From a virus: DNA of 64,000 bases. The stretch covers positions 96,001 through 160,000 of the IMG/VR virus record IMGVR_UViG_3300031951_000015, one strand, 5' to 3'. The position numbers and the translations under genes were made by a program. Below the pieces are notes generated by a model. The model was not told the origin of the DNA. It searched no databases and saw only the letters and a program-made list of their open reading frames with translations. Below, one piece after another: positions 9,775-17,727 of the stretch; the stretch's first letter is position 1; each line of letters opens with the position of its first letter.

Positions 9775-10694
9775 TCTTCGGCAAGACGGGCGAAATACGA
9801 CAACGCATCATCATCGTCATCCTCCACAGGTGCCGCAGCACGGCGAGTAGGTTGAAGATTGTTGAGTTCACTGCGAAGATCTTCATCAAGGTCTTTCACA
9901 GGACCACGAGTATTATCCTCATCAAACTCTTCAGGGTCCTGATAGCGAGGAGTGCCTTTGGTGCCAAGCACATAGTCCAGACGCTTCTTCAAATCATCAT
10001 AAGACTTGAACTGATCGGCAGCAACGAGTTCAGCAAGCGAATACTGCTTTTTCCAGATTGCTTCCATTGCGTCATCGTCGTCCAGAAGAGGGGCAGATGC
10101 AGCAAACTCAGAGGAGTCATAGTTACGATAACCAGCAACGTTCTTTGCCTTCAGTTTGAAGTTGGCACCTTGCCAGAAGTCAAATGGATCAATTGCTTCC
10201 TCATCTTCAAACTCAGGTTGCATTGCAGCGGTAAGTTTATCAAAGATCTTCTTACCATACTTGAACAGGAAGACCTTACCTTCGTTGGCGGGGTTCGCAG
10301 GGTCCTTCACCACGTAGATGTTGGAGATATAAGTCAGTTTACGCTTTTGCTTACGTGCCAGTTCTTTACCAGCATCAGTGCCGTTGTTCCACAGTTCGGA
10401 GTTCAGTTCGGACACAGGATCCTTCTGATTCAAAGTGGTGAGACTGTTTTCAATATACCAACCACCAGAACCCTGAAATGCGTGACTGTAGAGTTTCACG
10501 AACGGCAGGTCTTCACCGTTAGGAGCAGGGAGGAAACGGATCACGGCATAACCATTATTTGCTTTGTCGCATTCTAATTTCCAGAAGCGTTCATCACTAG
10601 AACCGCTACTAGTATTCATTTTTTCTACTTCTTTGACCAATTTGGCAGTAAGATTGCCCAGCTTGGACTGTTTTTTAAGGTCGGAAAACGACAT
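9771..10694 (-). CDS. gp32: single-stranded DNA-binding protein gp32
   Basis: GYAVIRFLP..WYIENSLTT..GKKIFDK..DPFDFWQGANF, acidic tail. Start trimmed to MSFSDL after a GAGG RBS. Confidence 0.95.
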   Translation of the reverse strand: MSFSDLKKQSKLGNLTAKLVKEVEKMNTSSGSSDERFWKLECDKANNGYAVIRFLPAPNGEDLPFVKLYSHAFQGSGGWYIENSLTTLNQKDPVSELNSELWNNGTDAGKELARKQKRKLTYISNIYVVKDPANPANEGKVFLFKYGKKIFDKLTAAMQPEFEDEEAIDPFDFWQGANFKLKAKNVAGYRNYDSSEFAASAPLLDDDDAMEAIWKKQYSLAELVAADQFKSYDDLKKRLDYVLGTKGTPRYQDPEEFDEDNTRGPVKDLDEDLRSELNNLQPTRRAAAPVEDDDDDALSYFARLAED

Positions 10695-10738
10695 TTGGAT
10701 TACCTCGGATAGTTTGGATTCGGGGGATTTACTTAGAT

Positions 10739-10767
10739 AGTATAGCGAAGATTGAATCACCTGTCAA
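10739..10767 (-). promoter_or_regulatory. sigma70-type promoter of gp32
   Basis: TTGACA-N17-TATACT. Confidence 0.75.
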
Positions 10768-11089
10768 TATATTGCTTGAGTGATTCAATGGTCTTGTTCA
10801 TACTACTGAATAAAACTTGCATATCAGTCTCTGGTGGGAAACCCATCAAGGCAACTGACTTGCGTAGGTTCTCTTTCATTTCAACCGCTTGAGGGTCGTC
10901 TGAAAGGGACAACCTAGTATACATCACTCTCTGCTTTTCTAGCAAGAGCTCAAGTTTCTCAATGTGCTCCAATTTGGTCTCACGGGACATTCCACCGAAA
11001 GTTAAAATACTTCCGTAGATTTCTTCTTGTAACTTGTTAATTTCTTTCAGTTCTTCCTGAATAATATCAGAATCGAAAAAGCTACTCAT
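10757..11089 (-). CDS. DUF1825-like cyanobacterial/cyanophage protein
   Basis: FFDSDIIQEE..RLSLSDDP. Confidence 0.7.
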   Translation of the reverse strand: MSSFFDSDIIQEELKEINKLQEEIYGSILTFGGMSRETKLEHIEKLELLLEKQRVMYTRLSLSDDPQAVEMKENLRKSVALMGFPPETDMQVLFSSMNKTIESLKQYIDR

Positions 11090-11678
11090 CTATAATGTCC
11101 CTTAAAATTTTCTTGTAATTGAACACGTCAATATTTAGAAATGGTTTATACTTTGAAATTTTCAAACTGACGGTTTCCCACACTGGGTCCAGGAGTTGCT
11201 TATCAAAGGTCTTCCCGAACAGGAATATTCTATCCCATATAGTAAAGGTTTCTATACTAATCTTCCCGCTCAGGAACTTTTTTAGAATGACTGGATGTTG
11301 CTTTGAAGCATCAAGAACCTGCTTTAAGTTGCTTTCAGACAACATATCTTCCGATTCTTGCTTGAAGATATAAGACAAACTTTGCTGGCGTCTCATCCAG
11401 TCAGCATAAGTTCTCTCACCCGAATTGATGATCTCACCGATCCAGAGATTACCAGGCGTGTCTGATGCTACAAAGTTTGATACTAGAAAATCTACAATTT
11501 CCTTGTCCGAAAATTTGCGACTCGTGCGTTCGAAGAAATACTTATCTTTGCGTCGATTAAAGGACGTTATACTCGCACGAGTCTTCGCACCGTACTTAAA
11601 GAAGTCGTATTTTGGATTTGTAAAATGATTTTTGAGTGACAGATAATGTTGATAAGTTTCAAAGGGTGTCACGGTCAT
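11082..11678 (-). CDS. gp59: helicase loader gp59
   Basis: YLSLKNHF..YDFFKY..RKDKYFF. Start trimmed to MTVTPF. Confidence 0.85.
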   Translation of the reverse strand: MTVTPFETYQHYLSLKNHFTNPKYDFFKYGAKTRASITSFNRRKDKYFFERTSRKFSDKEIVDFLVSNFVASDTPGNLWIGEIINSGERTYADWMRRQQSLSYIFKQESEDMLSESNLKQVLDASKQHPVILKKFLSGKISIETFTIWDRIFLFGKTFDKQLLDPVWETVSLKISKYKPFLNIDVFNYKKILRDIIDE

Positions 11679-11935
11679 AGAGGCAGTTTTGCTTTCGAAG
11701 TTCGCTTCATAAAGTTCAAACGGGTTGCATCCCATTTGAGTCGCTCTTTCAGAGGTTTTGAAATGAGTTTTGTTACTGATTCTACTTCAAGACTATTGAT
11801 TTCACAATAGTGAACGATTGCGTCAATATAGTTGAAGTTTTCTTCTGCAACAATCTTTTCAATCTCAAGAGCAAACTTAGAAGGAGTTAAAAACTTATTT
11901 TCGATTGCCTGTTCCAGTTCTTTATTTGGTTCCAT
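11675..11935 (-). CDS. gp33: late transcription coactivator gp33
   Basis: FALEIEKIV..YIDAIVHYCE..LISKPLKERL..LNF. Confidence 0.85.
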   Translation of the reverse strand: MEPNKELEQAIENKFLTPSKFALEIEKIVAEENFNYIDAIVHYCEINSLEVESVTKLISKPLKERLKWDATRLNFMKRTSKAKLPL

Positions 11936-12602
11936 AGAGTTCCAGTTTATCTCTAACAAACTTTCTAATGTATTCTGTGAGAAGTTTGATGTACTTTGAT
12001 TTGTTTCTTTCTTCATAAACGACGCATTCTCCATTTTCACAAGCCATAATGATTACAAGTTTTTTGACTGAAATACCAGTCAGTTCGTATAGCATACATC
12101 CGTAAGCCATACATTGAACAAAGTAGTGTTCGATCCACTCTCGTGGTTTTGGTTTTTTAGAAGTTTTAAAGTCAATTATTGCTAACTCGCCGTCATATTC
12201 AGCGATACAATCAACTGTCCCAGCAATACCTAATTGCTTACTATATAGGGACCCTTCTAGGGCGTAAATATTATTTATGCGATTGAGTTCTGTTTTGGAG
12301 ATTTTAAAGAGAAAATCTGATAGAGGTTGAACTTTTGGTAGGGTTTCATTTTTGAGGTGATGCTCAACAAGCGTGTGCATATCAGTTCCACGACTTGTTG
12401 CCGCTTTTGTAATACGATCTGCTTCTTCGTTACCAACTTTCTTACGCCAGTTAACAAAGATCTCCTTATTAAAATGACTGGTCACCGAAGTAATGGAGAC
12501 CAGTCTTAGAAGTTCTTCTTCATCAGGTACAGAATAATAACGAACACCATCTATAGTTTCCCGTTCAAGTTTCGGGAGATTCAATTCAACGTGATCAAAC
12601 AT
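11922..12602 (-). CDS. PD-(D/E)XK exonuclease
   Basis: SITSV..RGTDMH..AGTVDC..IIDFKT..QCMAY. Confidence 0.85.
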   Translation of the reverse strand: MFDHVELNLPKLERETIDGVRYYSVPDEEELLRLVSITSVTSHFNKEIFVNWRKKVGNEEADRITKAATSRGTDMHTLVEHHLKNETLPKVQPLSDFLFKISKTELNRINNIYALEGSLYSKQLGIAGTVDCIAEYDGELAIIDFKTSKKPKPREWIEHYFVQCMAYGCMLYELTGISVKKLVIIMACENGECVVYEERNKSKYIKLLTEYIRKFVRDKLELYGTK

Positions 12603-13360
12603 TAAAAACCTGCTTCCATTTTTGCAAGAATGTATTCTTTGACAAGTCCAGAACGAACAATATCATCTACACCAAACTCAATTATATCAAAGGATGGCAT
12701 TTTACGCAACACGGTCATAAAGTCTACAATACCATTGCGCTCATTTGTTTTCTGCAAGTCGGATTGTGATGCATCACCACAGAAACAAATTTTAGTGTTT
12801 TCACCAACACGAGTGATGATCGAATCAAGTTCGTGGAAGTTTAGGTTTTGGAATTCATCTACAATGATAATAGAGTTATCAAGAGTCGTTCCACGAAGGA
12901 AAGAAGTGGACCAGAACTTAATAGTTTCTTGTGACTTCAAGTTACCATAAAGCATTTCAAAGTCTGCATCAGAAGGCATCTGGAACATATACTTCACCAT
13001 ATTCTTATAAGGAATCTGGTAAATATCTGCCTTATCTTCATGAGATCCAGGAAGAAAACCAATCTCTCTTGTTGCAACTAATGAACGGACAAGATAGATT
13101 CTTTCGTAAGGAGATTGCTCATCCAGAACGTCTTGGAGAGCATTATAGAGTGTAATAAAGGTTTTACCAGTACCAGCACAACCATAGGCAACAATGTGTT
13201 TGCCATTGACATATGAATCAAACAAACGTTTTTGATTGTCTGTAAGAGGTTCAATATCAATTAGATACTCAGAACTTAACGGTTTTCTGCGCTTCATTTG
13301 TTTCGCAGTCAGACCAACTCCAATAGGTTGGTCACTGTTGCCTCTTTTTCTTCTTGCCAT
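12602..13360 (-). CDS. phoH: PhoH-family ATPase
   Basis: GCAGTGKT, GFLPG, RGTTL, VDEFQN, GDASQSD, DIVRSGLV. Confidence 0.95.
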   Translation of the reverse strand: MARRKRGNSDQPIGVGLTAKQMKRRKPLSSEYLIDIEPLTDNQKRLFDSYVNGKHIVAYGCAGTGKTFITLYNALQDVLDEQSPYERIYLVRSLVATREIGFLPGSHEDKADIYQIPYKNMVKYMFQMPSDADFEMLYGNLKSQETIKFWSTSFLRGTTLDNSIIIVDEFQNLNFHELDSIITRVGENTKICFCGDASQSDLQKTNERNGIVDFMTVLRKMPSFDIIEFGVDDIVRSGLVKEYILAKMEAGF

Positions 13361-13361
13361 A

Positions 13362-13610
13362 CTAGATTTTCTTTACTCGTGAACCAGGTGCTTTTGATGC
13401 TTTATGAAGAATGTCATTCCATCCAGGATTTTTTGCGACAAGTTTATCCTTCCACTCACCCACCTCACCAGGAGAAGGGCAAGTAGATGGATCAGACCAG
13501 TCACGAGTCCAGTCTGGATTATCATTCTTCCACTGATCCCAGTCGTGGACACTCATTTCCACTTCTTTCTGTTCACCAGTTTTTGTATTCACTACGGGGT
13601 ATGTGGCCAT
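13362..13610 (-). CDS. conserved cyanophage hypothetical protein
   Basis: MATYPV..GWNDIL..PGS; sits directly upstream of phoH. Confidence 0.7.
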   Translation of the reverse strand: MATYPVVNTKTGEQKEVEMSVHDWDQWKNDNPDWTRDWSDPSTCPSPGEVGEWKDKLVAKNPGWNDILHKASKAPGSRVKKI

Positions 13611-13648
13611 TGTTATAAATTCAAGATAATTTATTTAGAGTCATTAAA

Positions 13649-14401
13649 TTAAGGACTCAAACGAGCACGGTGTAGTCTCTTTTCTTCATAATATTTCCAA
13701 ACATTAGGTGCCCATTTTTGAAGTTCCGGAACCATAGCATCACAAAGTGCTTGAATTTCAATCTGAGCATCAAGTTTAGAACGAAGATCCATAAAGTGAA
13801 GAACAGAACGCAGATTGAAAGAAACTACAAAGTTCTGACGAATTGCCTGAGGGAGATAATCACGAATATGCTCTTCACACATACCTTCCATATAATACTT
13901 GGCATACTCCCCACACTCACTCAGAATGCGCTCTAACTTGCGTCGACGATGCTCTTGGGTCCATTCATACTTTTTACCTTTACGGTTGGTATAGAACCCC
14001 TCAGGGCGCACATAAAAGACTTCTTCAACATCAAGTTCACGATTAGCAACTTTCACAACTCTTTTTCCAGTATATCGTTGAGATTGAACATCCCAAGAAG
14101 TTCCAATACGATGAGTTCTTGCCTGAACAATTACATTATGAACAAATCCAGAAACTGAAAAGGTAATACCAGGATGTTCAATTGGACCCCAATGACCTCG
14201 TTCATTTGCTAAAAGTTGTTCAACAATCCATTCACCACATTCTATCGGTGATGGAACTTTAACTTCATGAATAGGAATCTCCGAATAATCACCCTTTCCT
14301 GCTTGCCAAATAACTTGCTCTGGAATTGGATAGCATTGGAGTTTTACAACTTGAAGTCTCTTATCAAGTTCAAGAAGATCGTTTGCTTTAATAGGTTTCA
14401 T
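13649..14401 (-). CDS. thyX: flavin-dependent thymidylate synthase
   Basis: GHWGPIEH, RTHRIGTSWDVQSQRY, NLRS..DLR..AQIEI. Confidence 0.92.
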   Translation of the reverse strand: MKPIKANDLLELDKRLQVVKLQCYPIPEQVIWQAGKGDYSEIPIHEVKVPSPIECGEWIVEQLLANERGHWGPIEHPGITFSVSGFVHNVIVQARTHRIGTSWDVQSQRYTGKRVVKVANRELDVEEVFYVRPEGFYTNRKGKKYEWTQEHRRRKLERILSECGEYAKYYMEGMCEEHIRDYLPQAIRQNFVVSFNLRSVLHFMDLRSKLDAQIEIQALCDAMVPELQKWAPNVWKYYEEKRLHRARLSP

Positions 14402-14586
14402 TTCTTACCAAATCCTTTTGAAAGTTTTCCTTCTAATTGTGCGAGTTCTTTCTTCACATCTCGCAGTTGTCCTTTCATCTCTATAATTTTTTCAGCAGTA
14501 TAAAGATGCTCTTGTTTAACTAATCGTTCCAGAAGTTTAACAAGTTTTTTTGCCCTACTAATCGGGGTATCCATCATCATCCTCAA
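14398..14586 (-). CDS. hypothetical protein
   Basis: Short coiled coil ending KGFGKK, coupled to thyX. Confidence 0.6.
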   Translation of the reverse strand: MRMMMDTPISRAKKLVKLLERLVKQEHLYTAEKIIEMKGQLRDVKKELAQLEGKLSKGFGKK

Positions 14587-14731
14587 AAATTTCGTCGTAG
14601 TCGTGCCGTAATCCTTTCTTTACTTCCTCATAGTTCAAGTAACTTTGAGTATCAGAATACACTTCTGCTTTCAAAGAGTCAACTAAGAGTTCCAGATTAC
14701 GGACGATGAGTTTGAGTTTGTCTTTGTCCAT
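14558..14731 (-). CDS. conserved hypothetical protein (57 aa)
   Basis: Manual translation MDKDKLKLIVRNLELLVDSLKAEVYSD...DDDGYPD. Confidence 0.65.
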   Translation of the reverse strand: MDKDKLKLIVRNLELLVDSLKAEVYSDTQSYLNYEEVKKGLRHDYDEIFEDDDGYPD

Positions 14732-14762
14732 AAGAAAATATTCTCTCGATTCATTTTACCAT

Positions 14763-14791
14763 AAAAAAAGGAGGGAATCAATCCCTCCTTT
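14763..14791 (-). terminator. rho-independent terminator
   Basis: AAAGGAGGGA-loop-TCCCTCCTTT followed by a U-tract. Confidence 0.8.
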
Positions 14792-14794
14792 GAA

Positions 14795-14893
14795 TTATTT
14801 TGCCGCTACCAGCGTAGCAAGAGATGCTTGTTTACGACGTTGCTCTTTTTGCTTTTGCTCTTTAATGAGTTGAAGGAAATTGAGTTTTTTCAT
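14795..14893 (-). CDS. 32-aa basic peptide
   Basis: MKKLNFLQLIKEQKQKEQRRKQASLATLVAAK; ATGA overlap and GGAGG upstream. Confidence 0.6.
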   Translation of the reverse strand: MKKLNFLQLIKEQKQKEQRRKQASLATLVAAK

Positions 14894-15027
14894 TTGTGCC
14901 CCTCCTTTACAAACTTAATACCACGATAGGTTTCGTTGTATTGTTGGGGTTGCTGCATCATCTGCTGTTGATATGCAATACGCTTTTCGGTATCGTATTC
15001 AACACCGCGATAAACTACTTTCGACAT
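14890..15027 (-). CDS. DUF4278-family small protein
   Basis: MSKVVYRGVEY...ETYRGIKF (two YRG motifs); AAGGAG RBS. Confidence 0.75.
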   Translation of the reverse strand: MSKVVYRGVEYDTEKRIAYQQQMMQQPQQYNETYRGIKFVKEGHK

Positions 15028-15057
15028 TGGTTTTCTCCTTAGTTTTTAGGTTAAAGA

Positions 15058-15285
15058 GCGTTCCTTCAGTCGGCTTTTGCGTCTACGAAGCAACCTTTTC
15101 TTGTAACTTGTTTAATCTCCCAAACAATATCATTCTTTTGTTGAGAAGTCAGTGTTTGGTTGATATTAACTTTACCAATCAAAAACTGTGCCTGTAAGCA
15201 AGTTAAGAAAAGTGCTTCCATAGATGAACGGCTTCGTTCCGAGTCGGCTTACTTCCGTTCGCTATTCGAAAATAGCGAATGAACG
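15058..15285 (-). ncRNA. tandem glutamine (glnA-class) riboswitch
   Basis: Aptamer 1: CGTTCA-ttcgctatt/aatagcgaa-CGGAAGTAAGCCGACTCGGAACG. Aptamer 2: CGTTCA-long P2-CGCAAAAGCCGACTGAAGGAACG. Lies upstream of a DUF4278 gene. Confidence 0.75.
15066..15221 (-). CDS. 51-aa ORF embedded in riboswitch aptamer 2
   Basis: MEALFLTCLQAQFLIGKVNINQTLTSQQKNDIVWEIKQVTRKGCFVDAKAD. Confidence 0.55.
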   Translation of the reverse strand: MEALFLTCLQAQFLIGKVNINQTLTSQQKNDIVWEIKQVTRKGCFVDAKAD

Positions 15286-15292
15286 TAAGGGT

Positions 15293-15345
15293 ATTATACC
15301 CTTGTTGATCGTATTTATCAACAATATTTTGTAATTTTTTATACA
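15293..15345 (-). promoter_or_regulatory. NtcA box with -10 element and late promoter
   Basis: TGTA-N8-TACA at 15330-15345; TAAATA at 15312-15317; TATAAT at 15293-15298. Confidence 0.55.
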
Positions 15346-15405
15346 GTTTTAGAAAACTTTAAGAATCAAAAATTTTGCCGGAAAATTTTCCCCCGATCTG
15401 GGAAA

Positions 15406-15759
15406 TCACTTCCGCTTTTTCTTTTGGGGTGCTTGATATCCCCAGAGTTTTGGATTGACTCTACCATGTCCGAAGTCAATACTCTTCAAGTTACTACGAA
15501 ACTTATCCCAGTACATATCAAATAGTTTGATACGCCCACCTCTGGTTAAATCAAAACAGATCTTATCATCTACAAGATACTTGATAATGTATGCATCATT
15601 CGGTGCATCTTTTGTACACACATCAGCATATGAACCATTCTCGATCAGAATATCACAACCGTATCGTGACTTACAAGTTTCCTTCTCTGCTGGTGTCCAA
15701 TGATCCATATGCTTTTTTGTGGTTTTTTCTCTCTCAATTACATCATTATGTTGACTCAT
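15406..15759 (-). CDS. hypothetical protein
   Basis: ORF; ..LFDMYWD..G..NPKLWG. Confidence 0.6.
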   Translation of the reverse strand: MSQHNDVIEREKTTKKHMDHWTPAEKETCKSRYGCDILIENGSYADVCTKDAPNDAYIIKYLVDDKICFDLTRGGRIKLFDMYWDKFRSNLKSIDFGHGRVNPKLWGYQAPQKKKRK

Positions 15760-15761
15760 AT

Positions 15762-16394
15762 TCAGGAACGACCTCCCCAAATAATATCGGGATATGCTTC
15801 CGAAACAACTTCTTTGGTGATTTTATATTTTGTTTCCAGATTCTTATCCTTTACAAGGCAGATGATTTCTGCTTCAAGTGGATGAAGACCTTGAAGTAGA
15901 TTAATGAACATTGTTTCTCTACGAAGAGAACTCAGTCCATCATTTCCACCTTTGATGAAATTATAAAACTTTGAATATTCTTTACGAATAGAAGAACGTC
16001 CCTGATCTTGTGACCCAAGTGAATTAGAACCAAGTTCTTCCATCTTACCGACTGCATCTGCAATCTTCTCACTCAAAGTTCCTTTGAAAGAGTCCATCTC
16101 ATCGACAGCAGCATAAGGGACATCACCAGGAGGAAGTGCTGATGTAATAGTTTCGTCAAAGTTCCAAATGAACAATGCTTTTAGTGCAGGATGAGCATAC
16201 TTTTGAAGTACCTCCACCTTCTTTGCGTTGCTTCTTTGTTTTGAAGCGGCATTGAAAATCTCAAAGATAAAAGGATTTGCAGGAAGTTCTGGAATGGATT
16301 CTGCAATTACCGTTGCTTTTGGTGCCGCTGGTTTTTTGGTGGCAGTCGTTTTAGTCTTAGTCGTCGCTGCCGTCGTCTTCTTCGTTGTCGTCAT
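15762..16394 (-). CDS. conserved T4-like hypothetical protein
   Basis: WNFD..LPPGDVPY..RRETMFINLLQGLHPLEAE. Confidence 0.7.
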   Translation of the reverse strand: MTTTKKTTAATTKTKTTATKKPAAPKATVIAESIPELPANPFIFEIFNAASKQRSNAKKVEVLQKYAHPALKALFIWNFDETITSALPPGDVPYAAVDEMDSFKGTLSEKIADAVGKMEELGSNSLGSQDQGRSSIRKEYSKFYNFIKGGNDGLSSLRRETMFINLLQGLHPLEAEIICLVKDKNLETKYKITKEVVSEAYPDIIWGGRS

Positions 16395-16587
16395 AATAGT
16401 TCTCAAAATTAAATGCAATTACTTCGTCAGGTATAAGATTTCCTTGGGAGTCAAACATTTCCGGATGAGGTCTTGGAATTTCCCGATAGTTCATCATATA
16501 TTCTCTTGCTACCCAACCACCTATAAGTCCCACTATAAGAAATAAAACGGTTAGGAATGAACCGAATACTAGACTAACTGCTAACAT
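16357..16587 (-). CDS. small membrane protein
   Basis: TM helix followed by HPEMFD..G. Confidence 0.65.
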   Translation of the reverse strand: MLAVSLVFGSFLTVLFLIVGLIGGWVAREYMMNYREIPRPHPEMFDSQGNLIPDEVIAFNFENYYDDNEEDDGSDD

Positions 16588-16825
16588 TTCTTTTTCTCCG
16601 GGAAACTACTTTTTTCTTCCTTGAATGAAAGGAAAATTCAAAATAGATAGTTACTTCCCGATTGAAGAAGCAAACCATCTTTTCAAAAATGATATGGAAT
16701 GGGTGTGTTTGCTTCTTTTTGCCTCCATTAAGTATGAGTTCAACACCACGATTAAAGTGGTCTTCCTTTTTATTTAGGGTCTCATCAGACGATTTGGTTC
16801 TCTTTGAGGAATTTGATTGTGTCAA
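16574..16825 (-). CDS. hypothetical protein
   Basis: ORF in operon context. Confidence 0.5.
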   Translation of the reverse strand: MTQSNSSKRTKSSDETLNKKEDHFNRGVELILNGGKKKQTHPFHIIFEKMVCFFNREVTIYFEFSFHSRKKKVVSRRKRNVSS

Positions 16826-17021
16826 CGCATCCTCCTAACTTTTTATCATTACAAATTACTTGTGGAAATGTAGATCCTTCACCAAACTCTGCGTAAAATT
16901 CTTCTCTGGTAAAGTCTTGGTTTAAAGTATACATCACATACTTCTGTTCTGTCAAGTCCAATACTTGTTTGACCTTATCGCAGTATGGACAACCTGGTTT
17001 CGAATAAACTGTGAAATTCAT
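16785..17021 (-). CDS. glutaredoxin (NrdC-like)
   Basis: CPYC, TFPQV, LGG. Confidence 0.92.
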   Translation of the reverse strand: MNFTVYSKPGCPYCDKVKQVLDLTEQKYVMYTLNQDFTREEFYAEFGEGSTFPQVICNDKKLGGCVDTIKFLKENQIV

Positions 17022-17122
17022 ATGTGTCGTTTTGTTTTTATTATATAGAAGTTTATGGGAATGCAAAAATTTTGCGAAATATATTTAATTTTATCCGAAT
17101 TTAAAATATTATACTATCATAT

Positions 17123-17686
17123 TCATATGATATTAAAAGATAAACTAATTTTTTCTCTATCAGTAGGTCGAGTTGCATGAAAAGTTGAACTCATAAAAAT
17201 CAATATTCTTCCATCTAAAGTTTCATAATTATAATTTTCGAAAGAATTATTATCTTGGAAATTTGGTAGTATTGGTTGATGATCTACAATTGGTGACTTT
17301 ACGTAAAAATCTGCCAGTCCACTACCAATTATATAAACAACCCCAGATAATAAAGAATTGTGATGAATGTGAGTTTCTTGATACATACCTGGTTGATAAT
17401 AATTTAACCAACTACTTTTAATTTGATATGATTGATTCATATCAAATTTCATATATTTACAATATTCCTTTATTGATTCTTCTACTGATTTTTTTACTCT
17501 ATAAAAATCAGGTAATTCTAAAATGTTACTATTATTTTTTATAGTAGAAATGCACTTCGATTGAAATGCATAGTCTCCCTGTTCAAAACATATTCTTTTT
17601 GCTATGATTTTTATGCTTTCGCTGATAAGTTTTGGATTATCTTTTTTATAAATGATTGTAGGAAACAATGTATCAAAGTTACTCAT
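17123..17686 (-). CDS. putative 2OG-Fe(II) oxygenase
   Basis: LFPT..SWLN..HIH..LSGVVY..IF.S..H..ISLSFN. Confidence 0.8.
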   Translation of the reverse strand: MSNFDTLFPTIIYKKDNPKLISESIKIIAKRICFEQGDYAFQSKCISTIKNNSNILELPDFYRVKKSVEESIKEYCKYMKFDMNQSYQIKSSWLNYYQPGMYQETHIHHNSLLSGVVYIIGSGLADFYVKSPIVDHQPILPNFQDNNSFENYNYETLDGRILIFMSSTFHATRPTDREKISLSFNII

Positions 17687-17727
17687 AAAATAAAAATCAT
17701 AGCATCAATTTATTAGATATGCAAGAT

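Noticed and set aside
9852-10577. 241-aa plus-strand ORF
   Set aside because: Antisense shadow of the codon-biased gp32 gene.
11922-12602. Cas4-like nuclease suggesting CRISPR
   Set aside because: Standard T4-like exonuclease in the phoH-gp33 context; no repeat-spacer array or other cas genes seen.
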